NCBI GenBank assembly: GCA_951406725.2
Contig: OX597827.1
Location: 76,632,001 to 76,696,000, forward strand
Direction of reading: 5' to 3'
From: Octopus vulgaris
Taxonomy: Eukaryota
DNA length: 64,000 bases
The position numbers were made by a program, and so were the translations under genes. The notes beneath the pieces were generated by a model that had not been told where the DNA came from, ran no database searches, and worked only from the letters and a program-made list of their open reading frames with translations. Shown here piece by piece: positions 27,380 through 41,930 of this stretch. How positions within the stretch are numbered: the stretch's first letter is position 1; each line of letters starts with the position of its first letter.

Positions 27380-27411
<32 letters not shown>

Positions 27412-28494
27412 ACAGTGGAGGTTAGGTTGAAGAAGAGAAGGAAAAGAAAAGAGAGAATAATGAAATGAAAGAGAAATAGTTGAGAATAAAAGAGAGGGAG
27501 CGACAAAAGGGAAGAAACAAGAAGAGAAAGGGAGAGAAAGAGAGAGAGAGAAAGAGTGAGAGAGAGTGAGAGAAAGAGAGAAAGAATGGGAGAGTGAGAG
27601 AGAGAGAGGTTGAAATTGATGGAAGAAAAAGAGCGAGACAGTGGGAAAGTGAAAGAGAGGTTAAAATGTCGTGAGAAGAATTGAAGGAGAAAAATGTTTA
27701 ATAAAGAATGAAAGAGGATAAAAGGATAAAAGCAGGCATTTGAATGAGAGTTGGAAGGAATGAGAGATAGATTGATAGAGAGAGAGAGAGAAGGGTGAGG
27801 AAAGAGAGGGAGTAGGGAGAGGAGGTTAGGGAGGCGGGGGGTAAGAAGGATATTAGAAGGAGCGAATGACGTGAAGGGAGTGGGCTGTGAGAGAAAGAGA
27901 GAGGCGGCGGAGGAGTGGGAAGAAAAGAAGGTGGGGGAAGAGTGGAAGGCGAGGAGGAAAAGAGGGGAAAATGAAAAGGAAATTCGAAGGAGAGAATAGA
28001 TATGAATAAAAACGGAAAAGAAACAGAGAGAGAGAGAGAGAGAGTGTGTGTATGTGTGAAAGAAAGAAAGAAAGAAAGAAAGAAAGAAAAAAGGGCGAAA
28101 GAGAGAGAGAAAAAGAGAGGGCAGAAAGTAAAAGGAAATTCGAAAGAGAGAATGAAAAAGAGAGAGAGAGAGAAAGAGAGGGCGAGAGAAGAAATGAAGT
28201 TAAATAAAGACAGAAGAGAGAGAGAGACAAAGAAAGAGAGAGAGAGAAGGAAAGAAAGGGGAATGAGAGAGAGAGGAAATAAGTTCAGAGAGAATGATAG
28301 GAGAAAAAAAAGAATAAAAGAGAGAGAAAAAGCTGAAGGAGAGGAGAAAGATAGAAAGGGGGTGAAACATAGAGAGGGGGATAGAAAAGGAAAAGAGAAA
28401 GAGGATGAGAAAATGATGAAAGGATAAAAGTAATAGGGATCGCGTGAGCGTGAAGAAAGGGAAGGAGAGAGAGAGAGAATGAAAAGAAGGTAAT

Positions 28495-28535
<41 letters not shown>

Positions 28536-29600
28536 GAAGGAGAGAGAGAGAAAAAGGGAGAGAGAGAGGGAGAGAGACAGACACAGGGAAATGAAAAGAG
28601 GAGGCGGAGGAGGAGGAGGAAGAACGAGGGTAAGAAAAACGAGGAGAAATAATTGAAGGAATGAAAGAAGAAAAAGAGGATGTATGAAGAAAGAAAGAAA
28701 GAAAGAAAGAGAGAATGAAAGAAAGAAGGAAAGAAAGAAAGAAGAAAAGAAAGAAAGAAAGAAAAAAGAAAGAAGGAAAGAATGAAAGAAGAAAAGAAAG
28801 AAAGAAAGAAAAAAGGAAAGAATGAAAGAAGGAAGGAAAGAAAGAAAGAAGGAAAGAAAGAAAAGAGAAGCAAAGAAGGAAGGAAAGAAAGGAAATGTGA
28901 GATAGGAAGAAGAAGACCGAACAAAATAGGGGAAAGAAGGACTGAAAGAAAGAAGGAAAGAAAGAAAGAAAGAAGGAAAGAAAGAAAGAAGGAAAGAAAG
29001 AAAGAAGGAAAGAAAGGACACGTGAGAAGAAGAGATAGGAAGAAGAAGACCGAACAAAATAGGGGAAAGAAGGACTGAAAGAAATGATATTAGGAAGAAA
29101 GTGAGGACGAAGGAAAATGAGTGTGAAATAGGAGAAAGGAGAAAGAAAATAAGGAAGGAAGGAAGGAATGAAGGAAGGAAAGAAGTAAGGAAAGAAACAA
29201 AGAACAACAGAAAAGAAGATAATGAATAGAAAGAGAAACAAAGAATAACAAATAAACAACAGAGAAAATAGGCAAAAGAGAGAGAGGGGGGAGGGAGGGA
29301 GAGAGGAGGATAGATAGAAAGGAAGAATAAAAGAGAGAGAAGGGAGAGAAGACAAGGTAGAAGAGGAAGTTGAACAAAGACAGAAGTGGGTTGAGAGTGA
29401 GAGTGAGAGTGAGAGAGAGAGAGAGATGTAGAGATAGTGGGAGGGATAGTAAGAGAGAGGGGGAGAGGGAAGGGGAGAGAGAATGACTGGCTACAAGTGA
29501 TGGAAGAAGGGGAAAAAGAAGGGAGAGAAAGAAGATGAAAAGAAAAGAGGAAACAAAGCAAGGCCGGGGGGGGGGAATTAGAAGGTTAAGAAGAAGTTCG

Positions 29601-29633
<33 letters not shown>

Positions 29634-30000
29634 CGAGGAGGAGGAGGAATAGGAGGAGAAGAAAGAAAGAAAGGAGTGGGAGGAAGTAAACGGAACCAGA
29701 GTAATACAAAGGGAGCAAAAACGCTGAAAGTGGTCGGTTGAGAGAGTTGTGGCGATGGTGGTGGTGGTGGTGGTGGTGGTGGGGAGTAGCAATGGTGGTT
29801 GCAGTTGTACTGTGGTGGTGGTAGTGGTGGTGGTGGTGGTGGTGATAATGGCGATCATAATAGGAGTGATGGTTTTGGCCCTGAGGGTAATGAAGGTGGT
29901 AGCAGGTGGGGAGGTGTACCACTGGCCGTAGTGGTGGCAGAGGCAGCGATAATGGTGCCGAAACGATGGTGGTAGTGGTTAGAGTGACACAAGGTGGGGT
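24880..30000 (+). repeat. Strand-biased low-complexity domain (GGT/GAT/GGC, then polypurine)
   Basis: About 5 kb almost free of recognisable TEs; similar domains at 1-4750 and 51110-55990. Confidence 0.85.
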
Positions 30001-30019
30001 GCACAGGGACACTACTGGT

Positions 30020-31000
30020 CATTTAGGACATTGTCAATTGCATAGGACACTGTCAATTATACAGGACATTGTCAATTGTAGAAGACATTGTCAATTATAC
30101 AGGACATTATTAGTCGTATAGGATACTGTCAATTGTACAGGACATTGTCAATTGTGTAGGAGACTGTCAATTATATAGGACATTGTCGATTGTACAGGAC
30201 ATTATCAATTTTATAGGATACTGTTAATTATAGAGGATATTGTCAATTGTACAGGACATTGTCAATAGTATAGGGTATAGTCACTTATACAGGACATTAT
30301 TACTTGTGTAGGACACTGACAACTGTGTATGACATTGTCAATTGTAGAGGACATTGTCAATTGTACAGGACACTGTCATTTATACAGTTCTATATTTGAC
30401 ACGAGGAATTATGTACATTATTTACATGATTTACTTTTGACGGATATTTGTCCTCATCTTGTTTGTTGTTAACACAACGTCGTGTTAACGGCAAAAACGT
30501 TGTGTTAACAACAAACAAGATGAGGATAAATATCCGTCAAATGTAAATAATGTACTGTCAATTATATAGTGCATGCCTGTTATACAGGTTAATGTCAACT
30601 GTATAGTACAATCAAATTATATAGGTCATAATCAGTTATATAGTTGAGCTATGTCAATTATACAATACATTGTCAATTAGGACACTCAAATATATGGCAT
30701 GTCAATGGTAAATAACACAGTCACTTGTACATGTCATCGTTAATTATATTGGATATTGTCAATTGCAAAGAACAACATTAATTATATAGGTCACAGTCAA
30801 TTGCATAAAATGCTGTCAGATGTAGAGAGCAATGTCAATTGCATAGGACATTATCAGTTTTATAGGACGCTATTAGTTGTGTAGGACATCGTTATTATAT
30901 GTCAATTACACTGTCAATTAGACAGGATATTTTCAAGTGGTTAGTTGACTGTCAAATATGATATGATAGTGGTTAACAACATAGTCAAATGTACTAGACA
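30020..31000 (+). repeat. Degenerate ~21-bp minisatellite
   Basis: Unit approximately AGGACATTGTCAATTGTATAG, decaying rightwards. Confidence 0.85.
30413..30555. repeat. Short inverted duplication (Penelope-like end) inside a minisatellite
   Basis: TTTGACGGATATTT...TTAACACAACGT mirrored by ACGTTGTGTTAA...AAATATCCGTCAAA. Confidence 0.75.
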
Positions 31001-31221
31001 CAATGACTGTTTAGGACACTCAAATCTTAGTTGTCATTGGTCAAGGAGAAACCAATTTCACTAGAGTTGCTCTGTCACAACAACAACAACAACAACAACA
31101 CATTAGTAATTTACTGCTACCTACATCTCACAGTTAACTATATTTTAGTGGTGCAATTGTTTTATTGGTATTTTCATATTATTATTATTATCATTATTAT
31201 TATTATTGAAAAATGATCATA

Positions 31222-31369
31222 GGCGCAGGAGTTGCTGTGTGGTAAATGGCTTGCTTACCAACCACATGGTTCCGGGTTCAGTCCCACTGCGTGGCACCTT
31301 GAGCATGTGTCTTCTACTACTATAGCCTTGTGAGTGGATTTGGTAGACGGAAACTGAAAGAAGCCCGTC

Positions 31370-31444
<75 letters not shown>

Positions 31445-31662
31445 AGTTTGTGTGTCTGTGTTTGTCCCCTCCATCATCATCGCTTGACAACCGATGTTGG
31501 TGTGTTGACGTCCCCATAACTTAGCAGTTCGGCAAGAGAGACCAACAGAATAAGTATTAGGCTTACAACGAATAAGTCCTGGGTTCGATTTGCTCGACTA
31601 AAGGTGGTGCTCCAGCATGGCCACAGTCACATGAGTGAAACAAGTAAAAGAGTAAAAGAGAG
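31222..31662 (+). mobile_element. SINE family A, full length
   Basis: Colinear with 9995-10657 minus the Penelope-like insert. Confidence 0.85.
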
Positions 31663-31699
31663 TTAAGAGGGCGGCATTAGGGGAAAGCTGGGCGAAATA

Positions 31700-31968
31700 T
31701 TAGCAAAGTCTTCAAATGCTAGCCATGGCCCCAAATATTAGATTTGCTGACCGTTTCCAAGTAATCCTGAAAGGTTTGCTGCCGTGTGACCCGGGGGTCT
31801 ACCCACCATCCCCTTCTGCTTCTTTTCGGTATCCATCGCAATGCTTCTCTTGCAAGCCAACTGTCCAACTGCTTCAGGACGTGTCCAACAAGCGAACGTC
31901 GTTGTTCTGTTGAGGTATCACGATTTCTTCCCGTGATGCTCTTCTGAAAAATTCATTACTTCCAGGAA
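31700..31968 (-). mobile_element. RTE-clade LINE C-terminal remnant
   Basis: Frameshifted translation SNEFFRR / RRSLVGHVLKQLDSWLAREALRWIPKRSRR / RPRVTRQQTF. Confidence 0.65.
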
Positions 31969-31969
31969 A

Positions 31970-32460
<491 letters not shown>

Positions 32461-32476
32461 AAAGTAATAATAATAA

Positions 32477-32574
<98 letters not shown>

Positions 32575-32581
32575 TGATGAT

Positions 32582-32880
32582 ATGATCAAGAAGGGAACCG
32601 AAAATTATATGAGAATGATCCCTGGCTTACCATCCCTGCAAGAAGTGCAAAAGATTGTCTTAACTGGTACATCACACGTATTGAGAAGAGCATTGTCGAT
32701 GTGAGAACTGTTGCTGCTCATGTATTTTAATTTAACTTAAAAAAAAAAAATTTTAAAAAAATGAACGAACTACTGAGTTTAGTTTAATGGCCTACCAATG
32801 TATACTATGAGTTTCTTTGCCCTAGGAGTCGGGAAGACACTCGGCAAGAAATGGAAGCAAATTTGAAAGAAGAAAAAAAA
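32582..32880 (+). mobile_element. Second, near-identical copy of the same R4-like 3' end
   Basis: Matches 32159-32455 except in the A-run; flanked by (TAA)n. Confidence 0.85.
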
Positions 32881-32946
32881 ATAATAATAATGATAATAAT
32901 AATAATAATAATAATAGTAATAGTAATAATTATAATAATAATAATG

Positions 32947-33012
<66 letters not shown>

Positions 33013-33049
33013 TTAATTATTATTATTATTATTATTATTATTATTTTCA

Positions 33050-34946
33050 TATACACACAACAGATTAGACTGTTGGAAAAGACAAAAGATCCTAAAATCT
33101 GGCTACAACAAGTAACCTTAGATGCCAAGAAACCTCCTAAGTATCCTAGCTGTCCCTAATAACACTATTATCTGTAGCTGTACCAAACTGGGTTTTATGC
33201 CTATTTCCTCTACCCATCTGTTCAAATCTTTAGGGGTAGTTCCCAATGCACCTATAACTACTGAGATACATTTTACCCGTACTTTCCATAGTAGCTGTAA
33301 TCCAATGTCTAGGTCCTGGTACTTTGCTATTTTTTCTATACCTCTCCTATTGATTTTTTCATCATTTGGGACTGTAAAGTCAATTATCTGGTACTTTCTC
33401 TTCTCTTTATCTACTTCTACCAAATCAGGCCTTCTGGCTTCTATTCCTCTGTCAGTCTGAATGTTTAAAGTCCCACAACATCTTATATTTCTTGCTTTCT
33501 AGTAATTTACTAGATTCATGTTCATTCCCCTTATCAGTATGTTCAATTCCTAGCTTTCTACATAACTCCCAGTGGATTGCTCTTCATAGGTTGTCATGTC
33601 TTTTCTTGTATTCTTTCTGTGCCAGCATGCTGCATTCACTTACTATATGAGTGACGATGTTCTCTTTTGATTTGATTAACCTACATTGGGAATCTACTTG
33701 GTTTTTATCTATCTTGGCTTTTATCCAATTAATCCTTAATGCTTGATCTTATGCAGCTACTAACAAACTTTCTGTCTTCGTTCAAACTTTCCTTTTTGCA
33801 ACTATGACCGTGTCTCACTACTACTATCTGCTGCAACTATCTGGAAATCTACCATACAGCGCCTTCTCCTGCCAGTCAGATAATTTCTGTTCTTTTTTCT
33901 GGTTTTTAAATTCGTTTGGGTTTTTAATTTCTTTATGTCTTGCAGTGACTAGCAGCTTTTAATAATCTTTCTTCACTATTACCTTTATAGAAGTCTATAT
34001 CTACTCTAGCTAACTCCACGCAGTCTTCTACAGATATTAACTCTCTTCCGACTTCCTTTCTAGGTAAGTATAATCTTGCTATTCCTGCCCTTTGGTGGAG
34101 TCTTCCATTAATATTGAATTCCTTCCTAGTTCTTCTGTTCAGCTTTGCTAATTCAGTTTTTGTCCAATCTACAAAAACTGGTGAGTATCTAAGTAATAAT
34201 ATTGCCCAAGTATTTACGCCCTTCACTAAATTCGGACCATTTAGCTTTGATTTCATTAGCTTCCTCACCCTTCTGATGTACTCCTTCTCAATTTTCGTTT
34301 TCATTTCTATAGTTTGTACTCTGTCAGATTCTAACACACTCTCCTCCTTTCAATGATTTTAATGTCTGGCCATCTGATAATTGGATGCCTTCACTGTTGA
34401 CTACCTATTTCTTTACTACCCACAAGGGGCTAAACACAGAGGGGACAAAACAAGGAAAGACAAACGGATTAAGTCGATTATATCGACCACAGTGCGTGAC
34501 TGGTACTTCTTTAATCGGCCCCGAAAGGATGAAAGGCAAAGTCGACCTCGGCGGAATTTGAACTCAGAACGTAGCGGCAGACAAAATACTGCCAAGCATT
34601 TCGCCCGGCGTGCTAACGATTCTGCCAGCTCGCCGCCCTGCATTTATCTACAAGAAATTCCATGCCTATATTTTTGCTGAAGAGTCTTACAATCTGCATT
34701 AAGGAACCTGTCTCTTTTTCATTCTTGCTAAAAAGCTTCAGATCATCCATGTAGAAAGATTCCTGATGTGAAATCATGTGTTGAAACAGATATTGTTTTA
34801 TTTCGGGAGAATGGAGTAAGTGGAGCAAGAACACACATGGAAACAAAAAGTGTTGGTGAAGAGGTCACAGATGTGTGATGAAAGATTTCTGGACAAGGGA
34901 CATGAGTTAAAGTAATAAAATAAGAACAGTAATAAACAAGTGAAGA

Positions 34947-35023
<77 letters not shown>

Positions 35024-35297
35024 CAATACAACAATAAATTAATAATGTTCCATTCAAATTAATGTTGTTGCTCCAGGCTGGCCTTAGCTGCAATGTCTAA
35101 AAGACATTAAAGCATTAAGCCAAATCTAAGATTAGGATGGGCACATATTTTCTTGAAAAGAGCAAATGGTTAATTTTCCCCTTACTATTTCTGAACCGAT
35201 ACCTTGCCTTTTCCTTCCTTAATACTACTACAATGAGAGGGATCAAGCATAAGATAAATATTAAAGGGGACAACGAGTCCCCCTGGAAAATTCCTAT
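33050..35297 (-). pseudogene. Decayed R4/Dong-like (RLE) non-LTR retrotransposon
   Basis: RT motifs GIFQGDSLSPL (35260-35297) and YMDDLKLF; RLYLPRKE; endonuclease RPDLV..D and VVIGALG. Frameshifted, interrupted by a SINE, and ending at (TAA)n. Confidence 0.85.
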
Positions 35298-35795
35298 GAT
35301 AAGAAGGAGTTAGTCAATATCCTCAATGCCAGTCCTTAACTGGCGCTTTACTTTATCGACGCTCCCAGAGGAATGGAATGTAGGATTTGAACTCAGAATG
35401 TAAAGGGTCGGAAGAAATATCGCAAAGGTATTTTCCCTGTGTTTTAACAGCTCCGCCAGATCGTCGCCTCGATGACGATGACAACGACGACGATGACGGT
35501 GATGATGACGGTGATGGTGATGATTATGATGATCATGATCATGACGGCGATGATGATGATGATGATGTGTACTTAGTATGAAGAGGCTCGTTTAGGTATA
35601 TCTACATAAGTAACCGAAACTCGGCCAGCACTCACTCACTCACTCTCACCAGCCCTCGCGCCCTCCTTTAACAACTGCAACTCATAACTTATCCTGCTCT
35701 TCACATCAGCCATTTTGTTTTTGATGCAACGCAAAAAAGTAGCTCATAACTTCTTATCATTCTTTACTCTCTCTCTCTCTCTCTCTCTCCAGCTC

Positions 35796-35968
<173 letters not shown>

Positions 35969-36744
35969 AATCTGAAGGAATAAAACATAAGTGTAAAAGG
36001 GAGGGAGAGAGAGAGGGGAAAGGAGAGAGAGAGAGAGGGAAAAGAGAAGAAAGAGAGAGGAGAGAGAAAAGAGTGAGGGGGGGGTTCGTTTTCTAGCAGA
36101 CGAGAGCATCGTATGTCTGCCTGTTGTATGGCTGCCTCACAATATTTTCCGCCATATCAGCTGACGTACATTGACGTCAGCTGATCTTTGTCTTCAACAA
36201 GAGAGTTCCTACATGACCGTTCAACTTGCTGGAAACAGCAGCCAGATCTACCTCATATCGCACCCTAGTGTTTTAAATATGGGATAATTTTGAACCACGT
36301 AATTCCTGGGAATACAAAAAGCGGATGGTCACGATTGGAACGTCTTCTTTCGTCATGCATCTGTCTAAAGCGAGGTTATCTGGGACTAAATGATGATAAT
36401 TAAATTTATTTCGAGCCGACGAGGGAACGCCTCTGCGTGGCAGCTCCATCTGGTAGAAACAGCAGATAATTTCCCTCATTCACATATTGTTGTGTGTGTG
36501 TGTGTGTGTTAAATGACGAATTCTAAGTAGCTCTGGTAATGTAAACATTATCAGTTACACGGACATAATATATGTTTGTTTGTATGCCCATTTGCTGCGG
36601 GATAGCGTCCAGGAAAAGCTCCGCACATGACACCGAGAGTTAAAGAACACCGAGTTTCCCACACCAGGGGAGACAATTCGCCTCGGAATCACCGTGAATG
36701 GTAGATATCGATATTTCGCCATTATTATGGCTTATCAATATCAT

Positions 36745-37055
36745 GTGGAGGCGCAATGGCCCAGTGGTTAGGGCAGCGGACTCGCGGTCGTAGGATCGCG
36801 GTTTCGATTCCCAGACCGGGCGTTGTGAGTGTTTATTGAGTGAAAACACCTAAAAGCTCCACGAGGCTCCGGCAGGGGGTGGTGATTCCTGCTGTACTTT
36901 TTCACCACAACTTTCTCCCACTCTTTCTTCTGTTGGCCTGCTCGCTTAGCCAGCGGGGTGGCGTCATTCGTAGGCTAAAACAATGCGAACGCATTGTGAC
37001 CAGCGATGTGTAACTACATCTGATGGACTGGTCGGTCACATAAAAAAAAAAAAAA
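36745..37055 (+). mobile_element. SINE family C head with alternative tail and poly(A)
   Basis: TSD ATCAATATCATGT; head identical to 22777, 3' half different. Confidence 0.85.
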
Positions 37056-38428
37056 ATCAATATCATGTACTCAGGTCACCTTGAAACAAAGTGAATCGCT
37101 GGTCTATGATTTATATACAAATAGAATGAAGTCCAGTTGCTGATGTGCTGCAGCGAAGCACATGAAAAAGAATGTTAAATTACGAATTAAAAACCATCTC
37201 TTGCAATGCAAATATTATCGTTCGCACACACACAGTATACATGCTTTATTTATACGCCCATTTACTGCGGGATAGCACCCGGCGAACACTGGGCACCGTA
37301 TAGGGAGCTTTCCCTTAAAACTGCTGGTCTTCTGTCTAAATCGGGCACCTTTATATACAATGTTACTGAAGGGTTTTTCAACAACGGTTTAACTTCGCGA
37401 TCCACAAACATAAAAATGTATTCATTATCTGAGATACAATGTTTACATTTTATATTTCCGCATCAAATAATATCTCATCCCTGTTAGCCGCATATATTTT
37501 CCATCCGTCTTCGAAATATATTTTAAAATCTTTCCTCGATTTCTTTTCAATATTTGTTAACGATCTCAAATATTTTCAGCTTCTCCACCATTCATTTGTT
37601 ATAGGCTTGAAAAATATCGATTTCAAATTTTGGCACAAGGCCAGCAATTTCGGTGGAGGCGGCAAGTTGATTACATCGACTCCAGTACCCAACTGTTATT
37701 TATTTTATCGATCTCGAAAGGATGAAAGGCAAAGTCGACTTCGGCAGAATTTGAACACAGATAAAATGCCGCCAAGCATTTCGCCCAGCGCGTTAACGAT
37801 TCCGCCAGCTCGCCGCCTTAGGTTTGAGAAAGATTCATCTTTGTTAATCTTTAGTAATCTCTATGTGATAATGTAGATTTAATCTAAGGTGGCGAGCTGG
37901 CAGGATCGTTAGCACGCCGGGCGAAATGCTTAGCGGTATTTCGTCTGCCGTTACGTTCTGAGTTCAAATTCCGCCGAAGTCGACTTTGCCTTTCATCCTT
38001 TCAGGGTCAATAAATTAAGTACCAGTTACGCACTGGGGTCGATGTGATCGACTTAATCAGTTTGTCTGTCCTTGTGTGTCTTCTCTGTGTTTAGCCCCTT
38101 GTAGGTAGTAAAGAAATAGGTATTTCATCCGTCTTTATATTCCGTGGTGTTCAATTTCCGCCGAAGTCGATTTTGCCTTTCAGCTTTTTGGGGCTGAGAA
38201 AATATGTACCAGTTCAGCATTGGGGGTCAATGTAATCGACTATTCCTACCCCTAAAATGACTGTCCTTGAGCAAAAATTTGAAACCCATGTAGAATTAAA
38301 TTAAACTTATTCAGATTTTGAAGCTCGAGTCTGAAAACTTGCTTTTATCTTTCAGATGTTCCGGTTCAACAATAAATTCTGGATAAAAGGGACGACAAGT
38401 AGAATGAGATATTTTCACAAATAGAATA

Positions 38429-38709
38429 CAGTAATCACTCGCCATTTCGCGGTTCACCTATCGCCCCTCAGTACATCGCGGATTTTTTAGCTCATATATA
38501 CTCTTTACTCTCTTATTCTTTTACTTGTTTCAGTCATTTGACTGCGGCCGTGCTGGAGCACCGCCATTAATCGAGCAACTCGACCCCGGGACTTATTCTT
38601 TGTAAGCCCAGTACTTATTCTATCGGTCTCTTTTTGCCGAACCGCTAAGTGACGGGGACATAAACACACTAGCATCGGTTGTCAAGCGATGCTAGGGGGA
38701 CAAACACAG

Positions 38710-38746
<37 letters not shown>

Positions 38747-39767
38747 AATATACATATATACGACGGGCTTCTTTCAGTTTCCGTCTACCAAATCCACTCA
38801 CAAGGCTTTGGTCGGCCCGAGGCTATAGTAGAAGACACTTGCCCAAGGTGCCACGCAGTGGGACTGAACCCGGAACCATGTGGTTGGTTAGCAAGCTACT
38901 TACCACACAGCGCCTGTAAATTTATATCGTGTAATATATATATATATATATATAATATATATATATATTTACATATATTATATGTAAATTTATATCTTGA
39001 CTCCTCAGTGTATCACGGGTTTCTGCGGCCAATAAGAATTTTTTTTTTTTTCAGATTTTAATTATTTCTGTAGCAAAATAAGCATTTTCACGCCTAGAAA
39101 TTAATAAATAAAAATACAGTACAGCACTGTACAGCACATTAATTAAAATATATTAAAAGAGAATACGAGTGTACCGTAGATGAGTAAACAATGAATTGCA
39201 AATAGTGTATGGAAAATGAAACTTGGGAGGCGAGTGTGGGGTGTTGTGTTGCATTTATAATAAAACTAGCAGTATCGCCCGGCGTTGCTCGGGTTTGTTT
39301 TGACCCTTTAGAATTGTAATTTTTGAAAAGTAAAAATTTTGCATTATGTAGCTTGTTATTCTCTTTAAGTGAACATTTTTCTGGTTGAAATGCACCGAAA
39401 AATGGCGACACAGCAGTCAAAAAATCGTTAAAAAATAGGGATTTTCATAGAAAAAAAGCACCTTTTTGATGTAAAGGATTTTTGGTGTTAACATGGTCCG
39501 ATTTGAATTTTATCTTCTACCGAATAAAGATCAAGCCTTCTTCTATCATACTCTCAATTTTGGTCAACTTGCGCCGCAGGATCTCGGAGGAGATAGTGTT
39601 AGTTGAAGGCTACCCAACCTGCCATACACAGACAACTTCAGCTTTATATATATAGATAAATATATACAAGTTATAAAAATGATATACAGTACTGTTTCTA
39701 TTTCGCGGATTTTCACCTATTGCGTGGTTTTGGGAATGTAACACCCGCGATATTCGAGGGATTACTG
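38429..39767. mobile_element. Tigger/pogo-like MITE with nested SINE and Helitron
   Basis: TA-CAGTAATCACTCG ... CGAGGGATTACTG-TA terminal inverted repeats. Confidence 0.75.
39266..39656 (-). mobile_element. Non-autonomous Helitron, divergent interior
   Basis: Same 3' hairpin and CTAG end, TC start. Confidence 0.7.
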
Positions 39768-39893
39768 TACCATATTTGACGGCATGTAAGAGGTGCTTCT
39801 AAAAGAAAAATGTCTAAAAAAAAATGACTCAGATTTGGATATGCAAAGCTGCTTTGAATATTGGTTTCAGATTTTGGCACAAGATCAGTAATT

Positions 39894-40197
39894 TGTTTAT
39901 TCCTTCTCGAGCCACGCCTGGCTCATAAAAGCCGGTTTCCCGGTTTCCTTGGCGTATAGGTTCCCCACCTGGACGGGACGCCGGTCCGTCGGCAGGTGAG
40001 CTGCAAGATACAGGAGGAAAGAGTGAGAGAAAGTTGTGGCGAAAGAGTCAGCAGAAGTTCGCCATTACCTTCTGTCGGAGCCGCGTGGAGCTTAGGTGTT
40101 TCGCTCATAAACACACACATCGCCCGGTCTAAGATTCGAACCCGCGATCCCTCGACGGCGAGTCCGCTGCTCTAACCACTGGGCCATGTGCCTCCAC
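39894..40197 (-). mobile_element. SINE with C-like head and V-domain-like 3' part
   Basis: TSD CACAAGATCAGTAATT; minus strand CCTGCCGACGGACCGGCGTCCCGTCCAGG resembles the V-SINE core. Confidence 0.7.
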
Positions 40198-40622
40198 AAG
40201 ATCAGTAATTCCGGGAGAGGAGGACAGTCAGTCCCTGCGACCCGAGTACTTATTTTATTGACTGCGTAAAGATGAAAAGAAAAGTCGACCTCGGCGGGAA
40301 TTGAACTCAGAACGTAAAGACAGACGAAACGCCGCTAAGCATTTTTACCCGCAGCGCTAAAGATTCTGCCAGCTCGCTGCTTTACATGTTGCTTTAAATA
40401 CTGCATTCTTTAATGCACTAAAAACATTCTTTCCTGAATATACACTGCTGAAATTAGGGTGCGTCTAATATGTCCGTGTATCTTTTAAAAACATTTGACG
40501 TGACGGAGGCTTCTTACGTGTTTCCACTTCGTCACGTGACGATGCTTCTACATTAACAAGAAACTTCACAGATGAGTCAGACAGATCAACAAGTCAGACA
40601 GATCAACCCTTTCACAACCACC

Positions 40623-40680
<58 letters not shown>

Positions 40681-41326
40681 AAGGAATTGGCTAAATGTTT
40701 CGCTGTTTTTATTTTTTTTCACATAACATTACAAACAGTCGTGAACTGTGAAGATGTGATGTAATTGTATTGATTAACTTGATGCACGCTTTTAACACAT
40801 CCTGCAGTTCATCGATGAGTTTCTTGAAAACAAAATGGTGTCTCTAATGCGCAATAAACGATTTGGCAGCAAATCCTCTGTAACAACCAACCACAGTTGG
40901 TACATCATTGGGATCTACTGTTGTAGCTTTGGTTTCAAATTTTGGTACAAGGTGAGCAAGCTTTTTTGGGGGCTGGGTTGGAATGCAGGTGAGTCGATTA
41001 GATCGGCCCCACTTCTCAACTAGTACTATTTTTATCGATCTCCAAATGTTGACAGGCAAAGTCCACCACGGCGAACGTAAAGACGGGCGAAATACCGTGA
41101 AGCATTAAATCGCTACCTTAATAATGATAATAATAATAATATTTTCTATTATAGGCACAAAGCCTGAAATTTTGGGGGAAGGGACCAGTCGATTACATCG
41201 ATTCCAGTACTCAACTTGTACTTAATTTATCGATCGTGAAAGGATGAAAGGCAAATGCGACCTCGGCGAAATTTGATCTTCGAACGTAAAGACGGACGAA
41301 ATGCCGCGAAGTATTAAGTCGCGCCT

Positions 41327-41342
41327 TAATAACAACAACAAC

Positions 41343-41404
<62 letters not shown>

Positions 41405-41449
41405 TAATAATGATAATAATAATAATAATAAATAATAATAATAATAATG

Positions 41450-41507
<58 letters not shown>

Positions 41508-41539
41508 TAATAATGATAATAATAATAATAATAATAATG

Positions 41540-41573
<34 letters not shown>

Positions 41574-41590
41574 TAATAATGATAATGATG

Positions 41591-41645
<55 letters not shown>

Positions 41646-41716
41646 TAATAATGATAATAATAATAATGATAATAATTATAATAATAATAATAATAATGAT
41701 AATAATGATGATGATG

Positions 41717-41769
<53 letters not shown>

Positions 41770-41794
41770 GATAATAATAATAATAATAATAATG

Positions 41795-41831
<37 letters not shown>

Positions 41832-41850
41832 CAACAACAACAACAACAAC

Positions 41851-41906
<56 letters not shown>

Positions 41907-41930
41907 TAATAATAATAATAATAACAACAA
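41327..41930 (+). repeat. ~600-bp (AAT)n/(GAT)n microsatellite
   Basis: Directly visible. Confidence 0.95.

Noticed and set aside
27698-29561. Long 356-453-aa F/L/S-rich ORFs
   Set aside because: Translations of polypyrimidine repeats that lack stop codons by composition; no domain content.
30020-31000. CRISPR-like array
   Set aside because: Tandem degenerate units with no unique spacers; eukaryotic context.
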